IMG/VR virus record: IMGVR_UViG_3300044679_000086
Strand: one strand, 5' to 3'
Source: a virus
Length of the DNA: 35,013 nt
Below, one piece after another: positions 9,268-16,955 of the stretch. The position numbers and the translations under genes were made by a program. Every line of letters begins with the position of its first letter. Position 1 is the stretch's first letter. The notes under the pieces are model-generated. The model was not told the DNA's origin. It worked only from the letters and a program-made list of their open reading frames with translations, and did not search any database.

Positions 9268-10050
9268 TCACGGCCGGAAGCCATGTCCAATATTTACATC
9301 TCCCCAGTTGTACCCTGGGTTGGAGTCCGCATAAAGAATCGACAACTTCTTCCCAGTAACATCAGGAGGTCCCTCATACATCAACTTGCGCTGGTAACTT
9401 AAAAATATCTTTTCAGATTCCGGATTAAACATGACCCCGTATTCTGAGCACATGTAACGTGCCAAAGCGTACCTCAAATACTCAATATACGCCGTATCAT
9501 ATCCCTGAATGGCATTATTTATAAAAGTGTACGGCGTGTAATATGGTACATTATAGGTATTAACAAGATTCTCGGTTACGTTCTGCAAATCAGTCTGCAA
9601 ATCTACATCAACCAAAAAAATCTTAACCTTCATTTTCATTGGATAAGGCTGGTCTGGAATAAAATAAGTCGCAAAAGTTCCACCGCCTACTCCACGTTCA
9701 TAGTTCCATGAAAATGGGAGTGTATAGATATTATCAACGCGTGAAGAACCAAAGTAATTAGTCCTACTGGTAGAAACCATAGGATAACGCACAGGACCAA
9801 TATTGAAGGTAGAGGTTTCTATTTCGGCAACATAAGGCAGAAAGTAATACTCCTGAGTTGGAACAGCTTCAAAGGTAATGTACTGCCAATAAGGAATTAA
9901 GTCGGTTTCAATTTGCTTGAAATCAAGAAGATTATTCAACATATGAAGACCATCATAAATCTGGTCGCCAGTTGGCACTTGCAGGTTTCTTGCTACGATT
10001 CCAGAAAGAAACCAAGAGCGAGTAATTAAGTCTTGCGCTGTATAGGCCAT
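9268..10050 (-). CDS. Head-to-tail adaptor / tail accessory factor (P22 gp4-like, tentative)
   Basis: 260-aa ORF. Its N-terminus (AQDLITRSWFLSGIVARNLQVPTGDQIYDGLHMLNNLLDF) follows the pattern of the P22 gp4 N-terminus (DLVRAALRKLGV....QDAVDDLEAMM). It lies between the coat gene and the gp10-like gene. Confidence 0.5.
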   Translation of the reverse strand: MAYTAQDLITRSWFLSGIVARNLQVPTGDQIYDGLHMLNNLLDFKQIETDLIPYWQYITFEAVPTQEYYFLPYVAEIETSTFNIGPVRYPMVSTSRTNYFGSSRVDNIYTLPFSWNYERGVGGGTFATYFIPDQPYPMKMKVKIFLVDVDLQTDLQNVTENLVNTYNVPYYTPYTFINNAIQGYDTAYIEYLRYALARYMCSEYGVMFNPESEKIFLSYQRKLMYEGPPDVTGKKLSILYADSNPGYNWGDVNIGHGFRP

Positions 10051-10052
10051 AA

Positions 10053-10070
10053 TAAACCGTCCTTGGTTTA
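10053..10070 (-). promoter_or_regulatory. Hairpin presenting the Shine-Dalgarno sequence, copy 2
   Basis: Minus strand reads TAAACC-AAGGAC-GGTTTA, 2 nt before the ATG at 10050. It matches 7888..7905 at 17 of 18 positions. Confidence 0.5.
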
Positions 10071-10111
10071 TAGACCACCCCGAGAACTATCTCGAAATGG
10101 TCTTATCTTAC

Positions 10112-10978
10112 TTATACTAATGCTGGATATGCGGTATTAGAAACGCCAATCCATGAAGCAACTGCAACAGTAACCGCATCACTCCCAGAGGTAACTTTAT
10201 AATCGATTTCAGGTTTAGATGCGCCTACGCCTGCAATTACTTGAATATATTGAGTCTGAGCGACGCCCGCAGCGACCCCTGTAATTGTCACAAGCCCTGC
10301 AGTAGCAGATGAGCCAGTAGGCCTAAACTGAACAGTATCCCCTGCAGCCACTGGGGTGAAAGTTACAAATAACTCAACAATTACGTTAGGCAGCGTAGTC
10401 GTAGGAACCGCTGAGCTTGCGGTTAAATCAATCGCTGTAAACGTTGTAGCATTACCACCTGTTAATACAGCAATCGCAGGGCTATTGATGTACTGAAGCG
10501 CTCCAACCATATTTTGTGGTTTTTGAGTTGAATACACAAAATGCGATGAACTATCAGTTGCAGCAAAGCCAAGCAAACGATAAGAATCATATCCTGCTGG
10601 CAGCGTAGGAAATGCATTAGAGGTTAAAGACAGCAACCCTGCAACTAAATTATAACCGCGTGAATCACCAATTAAATAGATTGCATATTGAGTACTTGCA
10701 GCAATTGTTCCGGTATCAAGCCCATTCACACCATTTACCGAGGAATTAACAAGCAAAGGTTGCTGGTAATTTTGATATAAAATCGCTGGGTTGATGTTGT
10801 TATTAGCATCAGGGAAGCTAACAGGCATATCGATAACGTCATTTGCATCTCTTGCTTGACCGGGTGCAATTGCTATCACAGTAGTTGAAGCAAAAGAAAT
10901 ATTCATGCCGCTGATGTATAAATGTGGCAGCCCATAGATAGGGTCATTTTGTATGGATGGGGTAGAAAATGTAGCCAT
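10112..10978 (-). CDS. Virion-module protein of unknown role (decoration or fibre-like)
   Basis: 288-aa ORF immediately after the coat gene. It is Ala/Thr/Val/Gly-rich and beta-type in sequence (..GVNGLDTGTIAASTQYAIYLIGDSRGYNLVAGLLSL..). No motif could be assigned. Confidence 0.5.
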   Translation of the reverse strand: MATFSTPSIQNDPIYGLPHLYISGMNISFASTTVIAIAPGQARDANDVIDMPVSFPDANNNINPAILYQNYQQPLLVNSSVNGVNGLDTGTIAASTQYAIYLIGDSRGYNLVAGLLSLTSNAFPTLPAGYDSYRLLGFAATDSSSHFVYSTQKPQNMVGALQYINSPAIAVLTGGNATTFTAIDLTASSAVPTTTLPNVIVELFVTFTPVAAGDTVQFRPTGSSATAGLVTITGVAAGVAQTQYIQVIAGVGASKPEIDYKVTSGSDAVTVAVASWIGVSNTAYPALV

Positions 10979-11002
10979 GATTAATCCTCAATTTGTTAAG
11001 TT

Positions 11003-11026
11003 AATTACCCCGAATTCGGGGTAATT
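11003..11026 (-). terminator. Perfect 24-nt palindrome after the coat gene; possible attenuator or partial terminator
   Basis: AATTACCCCGAATTCGGGGTAATT lies between the coat stop (11033) and the next start (10978). The stem has a GC-rich core (ACCCCG/CGGGGT) but no long U-run follows. Confidence 0.4.
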
Positions 11027-11032
11027 GTCCAA

Positions 11033-12349
11033 TTAGCCTTGTGATAATGGAATGACGTAACGCATTGAGTATTCAGGCACGATGACCGAACCATGAGTTT
11101 CGTCATAAATCATTCCAGTTTGGTTTTGTCCGAACAAAGAACCATAAGTTAAGCGAAGAGATACACCAGTATCATCATCGTATTCATTCGCTGTATCATA
11201 AGGGCTTTGTTCTGGTAATTGAGGCATAGCCAAATAGAATGCATCTCCACCCAAAATACCGCCGCAACGATGACTAGGTAAGCCTAGAATCTGCATGCCT
11301 GCTTGGATTGGTTGGTTTAAGTTTTGGTTTTGCCCACCTGCCCAGTTCAATGCTGGAGTAATATTGATGGTTACTACACCAGAGGCATTTGCAGCGGCAT
11401 TTGCAGTTGCACGGAACTGAACTGCGTTAGCAGATGTAAAGTGCCCAATGAACGTCAAATAACGCATGTTAGTGAAGCCGGATACGCCATCTTGGAAGCT
11501 AAACAAATCGCCCGAGAATACGGCATTCAAATCACTTGCTGTAGCACCAGAGACAGTAATTTGCGTTACATTTTGGCCTGTAGGGTCATTCACAGAAACA
11601 ACAGTTAATGTATTTTGGTTCACGCCAGTATTACCTGAAACATGGATGGGCATTAAGTTAGATTGGTAATAATTTACACGAGGTGTACCAAAATCGCCCA
11701 CTTCCCAGCTCATTGCAATCTCATCGTTACGATGTGGAACGAACTGATTTAGACCATTTCCTACAATACTTGGTACAACTGTATCAGGAAGATACACTTT
11801 AATTCCTTCCGCAACAGAGCCATAATTCTTGAAGAACATGATTGCTTGAGCTAACTGTTGGTATGAAGTAAGCGCTTGAGTTCCATTACCATAAAAGCGG
11901 TATGGACCCGAGAATGTATTGAGCGTATTGGTTAATTGTGAATTAACTGCGGAAGCCCAGTTCAATGCAACGTTGCCTTCGACTTGAGTAGCAAGCTCAG
12001 CAATAGCTGATTTACCAAAGACTCTCATGTAGTCTTCTTCGCCTTTTTCCAAGTTAAATATACGTTGTTGTGAAGTAACAGCAAACGACGTATTGTTCGC
12101 TTGGTCGCACGCAAGAGTTTGGACTCTTTGTACTGCTGGCTGGAATGAAGCAACTAAACTCGCAGTAGTAGTGAACCTTGGGGGTAAATCAAATGTTACA
12201 GTAGAGCCTAAGTTCGCCTGTATGTTGTCAAAGTCTTTAAATTTGGTATTTGCCGTTGCGATGTGACAGCAAAGGTTTTGTAACAGCGCAAGACCAGAGC
12301 GTTGGTAGGTTTGCACCTGTTGCAATAAGTTTGTAGGGAAAACTGCCAT
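11033..12349 (-). CDS. Major capsid protein (P22 coat-like)
   Basis: 438-aa ORF directly after the scaffold-like gene. Its size is close to P22 gp5. The segment GDLFSFQDGVSGFTNMRYLTFIGHF..VVTINITPAL resembles P22 coat GDKISFAGVKFLGQMAKN...THVEITPKP. Confidence 0.75.
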   Translation of the reverse strand: MAVFPTNLLQQVQTYQRSGLALLQNLCCHIATANTKFKDFDNIQANLGSTVTFDLPPRFTTTASLVASFQPAVQRVQTLACDQANNTSFAVTSQQRIFNLEKGEEDYMRVFGKSAIAELATQVEGNVALNWASAVNSQLTNTLNTFSGPYRFYGNGTQALTSYQQLAQAIMFFKNYGSVAEGIKVYLPDTVVPSIVGNGLNQFVPHRNDEIAMSWEVGDFGTPRVNYYQSNLMPIHVSGNTGVNQNTLTVVSVNDPTGQNVTQITVSGATASDLNAVFSGDLFSFQDGVSGFTNMRYLTFIGHFTSANAVQFRATANAAANASGVVTINITPALNWAGGQNQNLNQPIQAGMQILGLPSHRCGGILGGDAFYLAMPQLPEQSPYDTANEYDDDTGVSLRLTYGSLFGQNQTGMIYDETHGSVIVPEYSMRYVIPLSQG

Positions 12350-12392
12350 GTTAGTAACTCCTAACTAGAATTAAGTTAGGACTCAGGCGGTT

Positions 12393-13118
12393 TTACGCTC
12401 TATACTTGTTCTTCAAATCTTTCATAGACAGAGCGCCGCCGGAATCCGTTCCGGTGTTAGAAGGTCTCTGTTGCGACAACGGTGAATTGGATGATTTTAT
12501 CCTTGAGGTGTCTTCGTTTGCTTTGATGGAAGAAGACAAACGTTGAATCTCATAGATTGCATCTTGAGGGTTATGCTGGCATACAGACTCAATTTGATGT
12601 AATTTTGTTCTGTTGCGAGCTAAGTCATAAAAAACATCGGCGGCATTATCGACGTGCTCAGCTAAAAGTTGAACAACATTCGGGTAATAGCGCATATCAA
12701 CATTATTTGTAACTGCCTCAAAATCCTGATACTTATCTTTGCCCGCAGAAATCTTTTCTTGGTAAGAGTTCACAATTCGTTTCGCTGCTTCAGCCTGGTG
12801 ATGTTCAAGATTTTGTCTTTCCCAGTCTTCACGCTGACGATTCAGTTCTTCGGTGGTTAACCGTTTCACATCGTCTTCAGATAACGATTTTTGCGAATAA
12901 ACTGGCTCATAAGAGGAAGATTGTTGTCTTTTATACTCTTCCACTGCTCGTTGCGCTGCTTTTTCAGCGGCTTCACGTCGCGCATGACCAACCAACTCAT
13001 TTACTTTAGATTGCGGCAGCATTCGTTCCGCTTCCTGCGTTACTGATGCTACTGCTGCTTCTACGGGTGTCTGATTCATATCAGACGCGGTGTTATCCAT
13101 AACACTATTGTCCATCAT
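12393..13118 (-). CDS. Scaffolding protein
   Basis: 241-aa ORF, highly charged with helix-favouring composition (E/K/R/Q/A). It lies immediately upstream of the coat gene. Confidence 0.65.
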   Translation of the reverse strand: MMDNSVMDNTASDMNQTPVEAAVASVTQEAERMLPQSKVNELVGHARREAAEKAAQRAVEEYKRQQSSSYEPVYSQKSLSEDDVKRLTTEELNRQREDWERQNLEHHQAEAAKRIVNSYQEKISAGKDKYQDFEAVTNNVDMRYYPNVVQLLAEHVDNAADVFYDLARNRTKLHQIESVCQHNPQDAIYEIQRLSSSIKANEDTSRIKSSNSPLSQQRPSNTGTDSGGALSMKDLKNKYRA

Positions 13119-13320
13119 CGTTCCTTCTAGCTATTTCCCCGCCACGGTAACGCCTCTGCCTATCGAACAGGTCTCGAACTATTACGCCGTCACGCTAAAA
13201 TCTATCCCCGCATAACGCGCGGGTCTCGTTGTGGTCTGCAAATCCTTTTGCTGCCAATCCTTGGCCCCACAAGCTAAATTTATTAGATAAATGTATGTCA
13301 CTCGATAAAAAAGGAATGGA

Positions 13321-13410
13321 ATGGTAAACAATGTATGGATATGTAAAGATATGTAAAAGACAGTAAACAAAAAGATAGGTACAGTAAAAATCGTAACAAA
13401 ATGTAAAAGT
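13321..13410 (+). repeat. Array of about 10-bp phased ATGTAAA / AGTAAA repeats upstream of the plus-strand cassette
   Basis: GTAA(A) cores begin at 13324, 13343, 13353, 13363, 13384, 13393 and 13403, with spacings of 9-10 bp or double that. The tandem unit ATATGTAAAGATATGTAAAAGA (13339..13360) recurs as CTATGTAAGATATGTAAGGAGA (13608..13629) in front of the second gene. Confidence 0.8.
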
Positions 13411-13426
13411 ATTGCAGGAGAAATGG

Positions 13427-13615
13427 ATGATATTAGATGGTCAAAGATATTTTACGGATAAAGAAGTTGCCAGAAAATACGAGGTTTCCGTTAGATGGGT
13501 TAGGCAAATAAGGTATAAATCCAAAGATTTTCCATATTATAAATTAAATGGCCGTGTTTTCTACAAACAGGATGAAGTTGAAAAATGGTTTAAACATAAT
13601 TTAGTGCCTATGTAA
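13427..13615 (+). CDS. Excisionase/MerR-type helix-turn-helix DNA-binding protein
   Basis: The track ORF begins at a TTG (13412). The ATG at 13427 has AGGAG 6 nt upstream. The sequence MILDGQRYFTDKEVARKYEVSVRWVRQIRYKSKDFPYYKLNGRVFYKQDEVEKWF fits the HTH_17/Xis-like pattern (T..E.A....VS...V......G..P..K.G....F....V..W). Confidence 0.7.
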   Translation: MILDGQRYFTDKEVARKYEVSVRWVRQIRYKSKDFPYYKLNGRVFYKQDEVEKWFKHNLVPM

Positions 13616-13633
13616 GATATGTAAGGAGACAAG

Positions 13634-14149
13634 ATGAAAAATTGTTCTTTTGAAGGATGTGAAAGAGAACATAATGCCAAAGGATACTGTAGAGCTCATT
13701 ACGCTATATGGAAGAAAGGAAAGCCGCTTCATGTAATTAGATTTAAAAGTGGTATCAAAATATGTAGTTTTGAAGGGTGCGACAGACATAATTTAGCTAA
13801 GGGATGGTGTAGAGCTCATTACAAACAAATATATATGTACAAGAGTAAAGGCGCCCCTTTCCCTATTCGAAAAAGGAGTTGCAATAAAAAAGCAAAGGAA
13901 AAGTGCAGCGTAGACAATTGCGATAATTTTTTCAGAGCTAGAGGATGGTGCGAAAAGCACTACGGACGTTACAGAAAACATAGCGACCCTCTTACCTGCT
14001 ACATAAGGGCACGAAAGTCCGAATATGTTTCATTAGATAATATACTGAAGAATAGAGGGAATTATTCTAAGTCAGATGATGCCGAAGTTCTTAGAGAAAA
14101 TTTTAGTGATTTATATGACCAATTTGACCAAGACACAAGTTATTTTTAA
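13634..14149 (+). CDS. Protein with three tandem CCCH zinc-finger-like repeats and an acidic tail; no nuclease domain seen
   Basis: 171 aa with three repeats: CSFEGCEREHNAKGYCRAHY, CSFEGCDRHNLAKGWCRAHY and CSVDNCDNFFRARGWCEKHY (C-x4-C-x6/7-G-[YW]-C-x2-H-Y). I recall this repeat type from the N-termini of some phage HNH proteins, but no HNH motif follows here. The RBS AAGGAG is at 13623. Confidence 0.6.
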   Translation: MKNCSFEGCEREHNAKGYCRAHYAIWKKGKPLHVIRFKSGIKICSFEGCDRHNLAKGWCRAHYKQIYMYKSKGAPFPIRKRSCNKKAKEKCSVDNCDNFFRARGWCEKHYGRYRKHSDPLTCYIRARKSEYVSLDNILKNRGNYSKSDDAEVLRENFSDLYDQFDQDTSYF

Positions 14150-14156
14150 AAAAGGT

Positions 14157-14200
14157 CTCAGGCTTAACAAAAAGGAAGATAAAGAAAAATTAAGCCTGAG
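14157..14200. terminator. Inverted repeat between convergent genes (possible bidirectional terminator)
   Basis: CTCAGGCTTAA (14157..14167) and TTAAGCCTGAG (14190..14200) form an 11-bp perfect stem. The 22-nt A-rich loop is long for an intrinsic terminator. Confidence 0.35.
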
Positions 14201-14215
14201 AAAGATGTCACTCCA

Positions 14216-15127
14216 TTATAACACACTGTATCCGATAAAAATGGTGCCGTTCAGTGCAGTTGCAGCGGTATTATTGTAAATTGTTAAAGTAGCTGATCCA
14301 GAACCTGGAACGCACTCAAATGTAATATTTTGTGTCGTATTAGTTCCGCCTTGTATTGAAAGATGAATTACAGAAGTCGCAGAAATTTTTGTATTAGTCC
14401 AAGTAATCGCATAGCTCGCGCCACCTGCAGTCGTCAACGAAGAGGTCGTAATCACACCTGCATTACCGCTGGCTGTTACGGCATTTGCAGCTTCTGTACC
14501 ATTTACTTTGGCAAGGATTATCTGACTTCCTGCGGCCATTGTAGTCGTGCCAGTATTCAATACGAAGTTTGCAGTTGCAGCACCGGGATCAGGAATGCTG
14601 ACTACAGTAGCCTGACCCATTGCCGCATTGCTTATAGTTGTTAATGTATTCCCCGTGTTCGCAACTGCTGCCAACACTAAAGAACCCCTCGCGGCAGTTC
14701 CTGGGAACGAGGCAACTGTTCCTGCTGTTCCCGATAATCCTGCAGAAATATTCCCGGGCTGTATTACGTTACCCGCGGCAGAGGAAATCGTACCAGTAGT
14801 ATTTACAAAGTGAGCCAAGTAATTAGCGGTAGTTGGCAATACGGCGTCGCCCGGGTTACCCCATGTTGTTAATGTAACTTGTCCAGAGGATGGGGCAATA
14901 TTAACTGTAAATATACCAAATGTACCAGATTGAGTTTGTTGATTAAAACTATATAAAGCCATAACTACATCAGCGTTAGACAATGGGAAACCAGAGGCTA
15001 TATTGCTGTTATTCAGATATCCAGCAGTGGTTACGGCGCTTAACCCGTCGCTAAATACTGCGAATTTAAATTGAGGGAAGTTACCATTCGTTACAGGAAT
15101 AGGAACTGGTGATTGAAGAATACCCAT
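14216..15127 (-). CDS. Fibre-like virion protein sharing a 69-aa module with the 668-aa fibre
   Basis: 303-aa ORF rich in Thr, Ala, Gly and Asn. Residues 125-193 align without gaps to residues 265-333 of ORF 32310..34316, including the motif SNAxxGQATxxSxPDPGAxTA....NTG. Confidence 0.6.
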   Translation of the reverse strand: MGILQSPVPIPVTNGNFPQFKFAVFSDGLSAVTTAGYLNNSNIASGFPLSNADVVMALYSFNQQTQSGTFGIFTVNIAPSSGQVTLTTWGNPGDAVLPTTANYLAHFVNTTGTISSAAGNVIQPGNISAGLSGTAGTVASFPGTAARGSLVLAAVANTGNTLTTISNAAMGQATVVSIPDPGAATANFVLNTGTTTMAAGSQIILAKVNGTEAANAVTASGNAGVITTSSLTTAGGASYAITWTNTKISATSVIHLSIQGGTNTTQNITFECVPGSGSATLTIYNNTAATALNGTIFIGYSVL

Positions 15128-15162
15128 TGCAAACGCTCCTTGTTATTTTTTAAGCCAAGTAT

Positions 15163-15390
15163 TTAGGCTTTTCTTGGTGTCAATGAATCGCCTTTACGGG
15201 ACCATTCAGCCCTATCTCCGCGGCCCATTTTACCGTTATGTCCGGCAACATCCATACGGTCATGTTTTCTCTGTAAAACGCGCGCGATGCCTTCTTGATG
15301 ATTATCGTGAACTTTACGATTATCAATCATACCATGCATGCATCCGGAAGTTTTATTGTATCCGCCGTGTTGTTTCATTTTTATCTCCAT
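15163..15390 (-). CDS. Small basic hypothetical protein
   Basis: 75-aa ORF (an alternative start gives MKQHGGYNK...). Its start overlaps the upstream stop by 1 nt (TAATG). Confidence 0.5.
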   Translation of the reverse strand: MEIKMKQHGGYNKTSGCMHGMIDNRKVHDNHQEGIARVLQRKHDRMDVAGHNGKMGRGDRAEWSRKGDSLTPRKA

Positions 15391-15614
15391 TAAAAATATG
15401 TGTAATCATTCTCATCTATGAGAAATTCATGTTCGCTGCGATAATTATAGTTTTTCAAACTACCGCGTAATTCATTCGGCAATTTCATTTCTAAGTCATT
15501 ATCATAGCTCTTTAATTTACTAGCGACAACTGCGGGCCAAGTAAGACGCCCAGTCTTTTTATTGTCTGGCCAAGTTAACTGATCGTTATTATCCTGACTA
15601 TTTTGTTTTTTCAT
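15390..15614 (-). CDS. Small hypothetical protein
   Basis: 74-aa ORF with a 4-nt ATGA overlap with the upstream gene. Confidence 0.5.
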   Translation of the reverse strand: MKKQNSQDNNDQLTWPDNKKTGRLTWPAVVASKLKSYDNDLEMKLPNELRGSLKNYNYRSEHEFLIDENDYTYF

Positions 15615-15802
15615 TTTCTAGACCTCAACCCTTTAAGAGTCTCTGCTAGATTCGCCTCTCTTCTAATGGTAGGATTTTTACTATGCTCCGCTTTAACTAA
15701 TTTCTTTTCAGGGATTTTCTCACCTTGAGGCACTCCGAGATTTCGGTGAAGTTTACCTTTATGTGATTCAGGTATTGCTTTTTGTATCCATTTTTCACTC
15801 AT
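15611..15802 (-). CDS. Small basic hypothetical protein
   Basis: Track ORF 15611..15850. The internal start MSEKWIQKAIPESHKGKLHRNLGVPQGEKIPEKKL.. is preferred because it leaves only an 8-nt overlap with the upstream gene. Confidence 0.5.
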   Translation of the reverse strand: MSEKWIQKAIPESHKGKLHRNLGVPQGEKIPEKKLVKAEHSKNPTIRREANLAETLKGLRSRK

Positions 15803-15977
15803 AATTCTCTCCTTTATTATTCTTTTTTTCATAGTCCTCATGTTTCTCATTAACCCATGATAGGATTTCAGGCAAAACTATCTTAGCTTCTGCTAATAAA
15901 AAAGAAGTTAATTCAGGCCGAAAAGAAACCAGTCCTTTTTCTAGACTTGGCAATATAACTGTATGAAATAAACTCAT
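15795..15977 (-). CDS. Small hypothetical protein
   Basis: 60-aa ORF in the tightly packed small-gene run. Confidence 0.45.
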   Translation of the reverse strand: MSLFHTVILPSLEKGLVSFRPELTSFLLAEAKIVLPEILSWVNEKHEDYEKKNNKGENYE

Positions 15978-15991
15978 CTCAATCCCCTTAA

Positions 15992-16243
15992 TTAACAGTC
16001 TTTTTTGCCAATAGGTTTTTTCATGTCACGCTTTAAAGTTGAGTTCGGTTTTTCTACTTTCTTAGCATTTACGCCAATTATTCGTGCTTTAGTTTCTTTT
16101 CTACGCGTCTTATTTGTGTCTTTAGCTACCGGATTTACTGATTTTTCTACAGATTTAAATGCTTTCTTAGTGTCTTTTTGCTCGCGCCTTAAGTATGGGC
16201 TTTTGTCTTTTCCAGCTTTAATTTGTTTTTTTCTGTCATCCAT
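15992..16243 (-). CDS. Small, very Lys/Arg-rich protein
   Basis: 83-aa ORF (MDDRKKQIKAGKDKSPYLRREQKDTKKAFK...) with its own RBS (GGAGAGGG about 7 nt upstream). It overlaps the upstream ORF by 55 nt in the -1 frame. Confidence 0.5.
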   Translation of the reverse strand: MDDRKKQIKAGKDKSPYLRREQKDTKKAFKSVEKSVNPVAKDTNKTRRKETKARIIGVNAKKVEKPNSTLKRDMKKPIGKKDC

Positions 16244-16380
16244 TTCTCTACCCTCTCCAGTCGTTGGCTCATGCCATGCAATGCTTCAACGCATAGCCTA
16301 GCAGCCTCTTCAAATTCATTTTTTTGATACTCTAATGAATCACATACCGCATCCAATCTTCTTTCTAAATCAGCATTCAT
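16189..16380 (-). CDS. Small coiled-coil-like hypothetical protein
   Basis: 63-aa ORF. It contains the heptamer A_AAA_AAC in frame at 16225..16231. Confidence 0.45.
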   Translation of the reverse strand: MNADLERRLDAVCDSLEYQKNEFEEAARLCVEALHGMSQRLERVEKWMTEKNKLKLEKTKAHT

Positions 16381-16444
16381 TTCAAACTTTCCTTTTTTAC
16401 CATCTTACGAATTAAAGCTTTATCTTCCTTTTCATCAGAGTGAG

Positions 16445-16783
16445 TTACTTTTTTTTTGCCCCTTTATGATGGTGATGCATCATTTTTTCATGATGTTTTA
16501 ATTCTTTCATGTGATGTTTATGCATTTCTTTATGATGGTGATGCATGTCTTTGTGGGCTTCATGCTTAGGATGCTCTTTTTTGGCATGTTCTTTTTTATG
16601 ATGTTCTTTCTTTGGTTCATGTTTCATTTGACGCTCCTTGTGTGGTTTTTGGATTCTTGCGCCAGATTCACGGGCTTCGTTTAGGCTGGCTGCAATTGCT
16701 TGCTTTCTTGGATGACCAGCGGCGACCATCTCAGAAATATTCTCGGAAATTACTTTTCTACTTCTACCTTTAGTTAATGGCAT
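16445..16783 (-). CDS. Small protein with a conserved-looking N-terminal domain and a His/Lys-rich tail
   Basis: Start moved to the ATG at 16783 because GGAGAGG lies upstream. Sequence: [44 protein letters not shown].. followed by [51 protein letters not shown]. The DNA repeat CTTTATGATGGTGATGCAT occurs twice in the tail region. Confidence 0.6.
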   Translation of the reverse strand: MPLTKGRSRKVISENISEMVAAGHPRKQAIAASLNEARESGARIQKPHKERQMKHEPKKEHHKKEHAKKEHPKHEAHKDMHHHHKEMHKHHMKELKHHEKMMHHHHKGAKKK

Positions 16784-16955
16784 TTTCCTCTCCATCAATA
16801 AGACATTCGAGCTCAAGAATAGCACCTCGTGTATTCTCAATTTCTTTTTTGATGATTTTTACTCGTTCTTTTAGTGAAGCTAAAGTTTCTTCACAGCTAC
16901 GCAGTGTAGTAAACAAAATATCTTTTCGTTCCTCTAAAGATTGCTTTGTAATCAT
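16770..16955 (-). CDS. Small coiled-coil-like hypothetical protein
   Basis: 61-aa ORF with a 4-nt ATGA overlap with the upstream gene. Confidence 0.45.
   Translation of the reverse strand: MITKQSLEERKDILFTTLRSCEETLASLKERVKIIKKEIENTRGAILELECLIDGEENAIN

Noticed and set aside
13182-13370. 62-aa minus-strand ORF
   Set aside because: It spans the phased repeat array and the GC-rich non-coding segment. The translation is Phe/Ile/Tyr/Leu-rich with no RBS.
13321-13410. Possible CRISPR-like or minisatellite array
   Set aside because: The repeat unit is only about 10 bp with no spacers and no cas genes. It fits phased protein-binding or bent DNA better.
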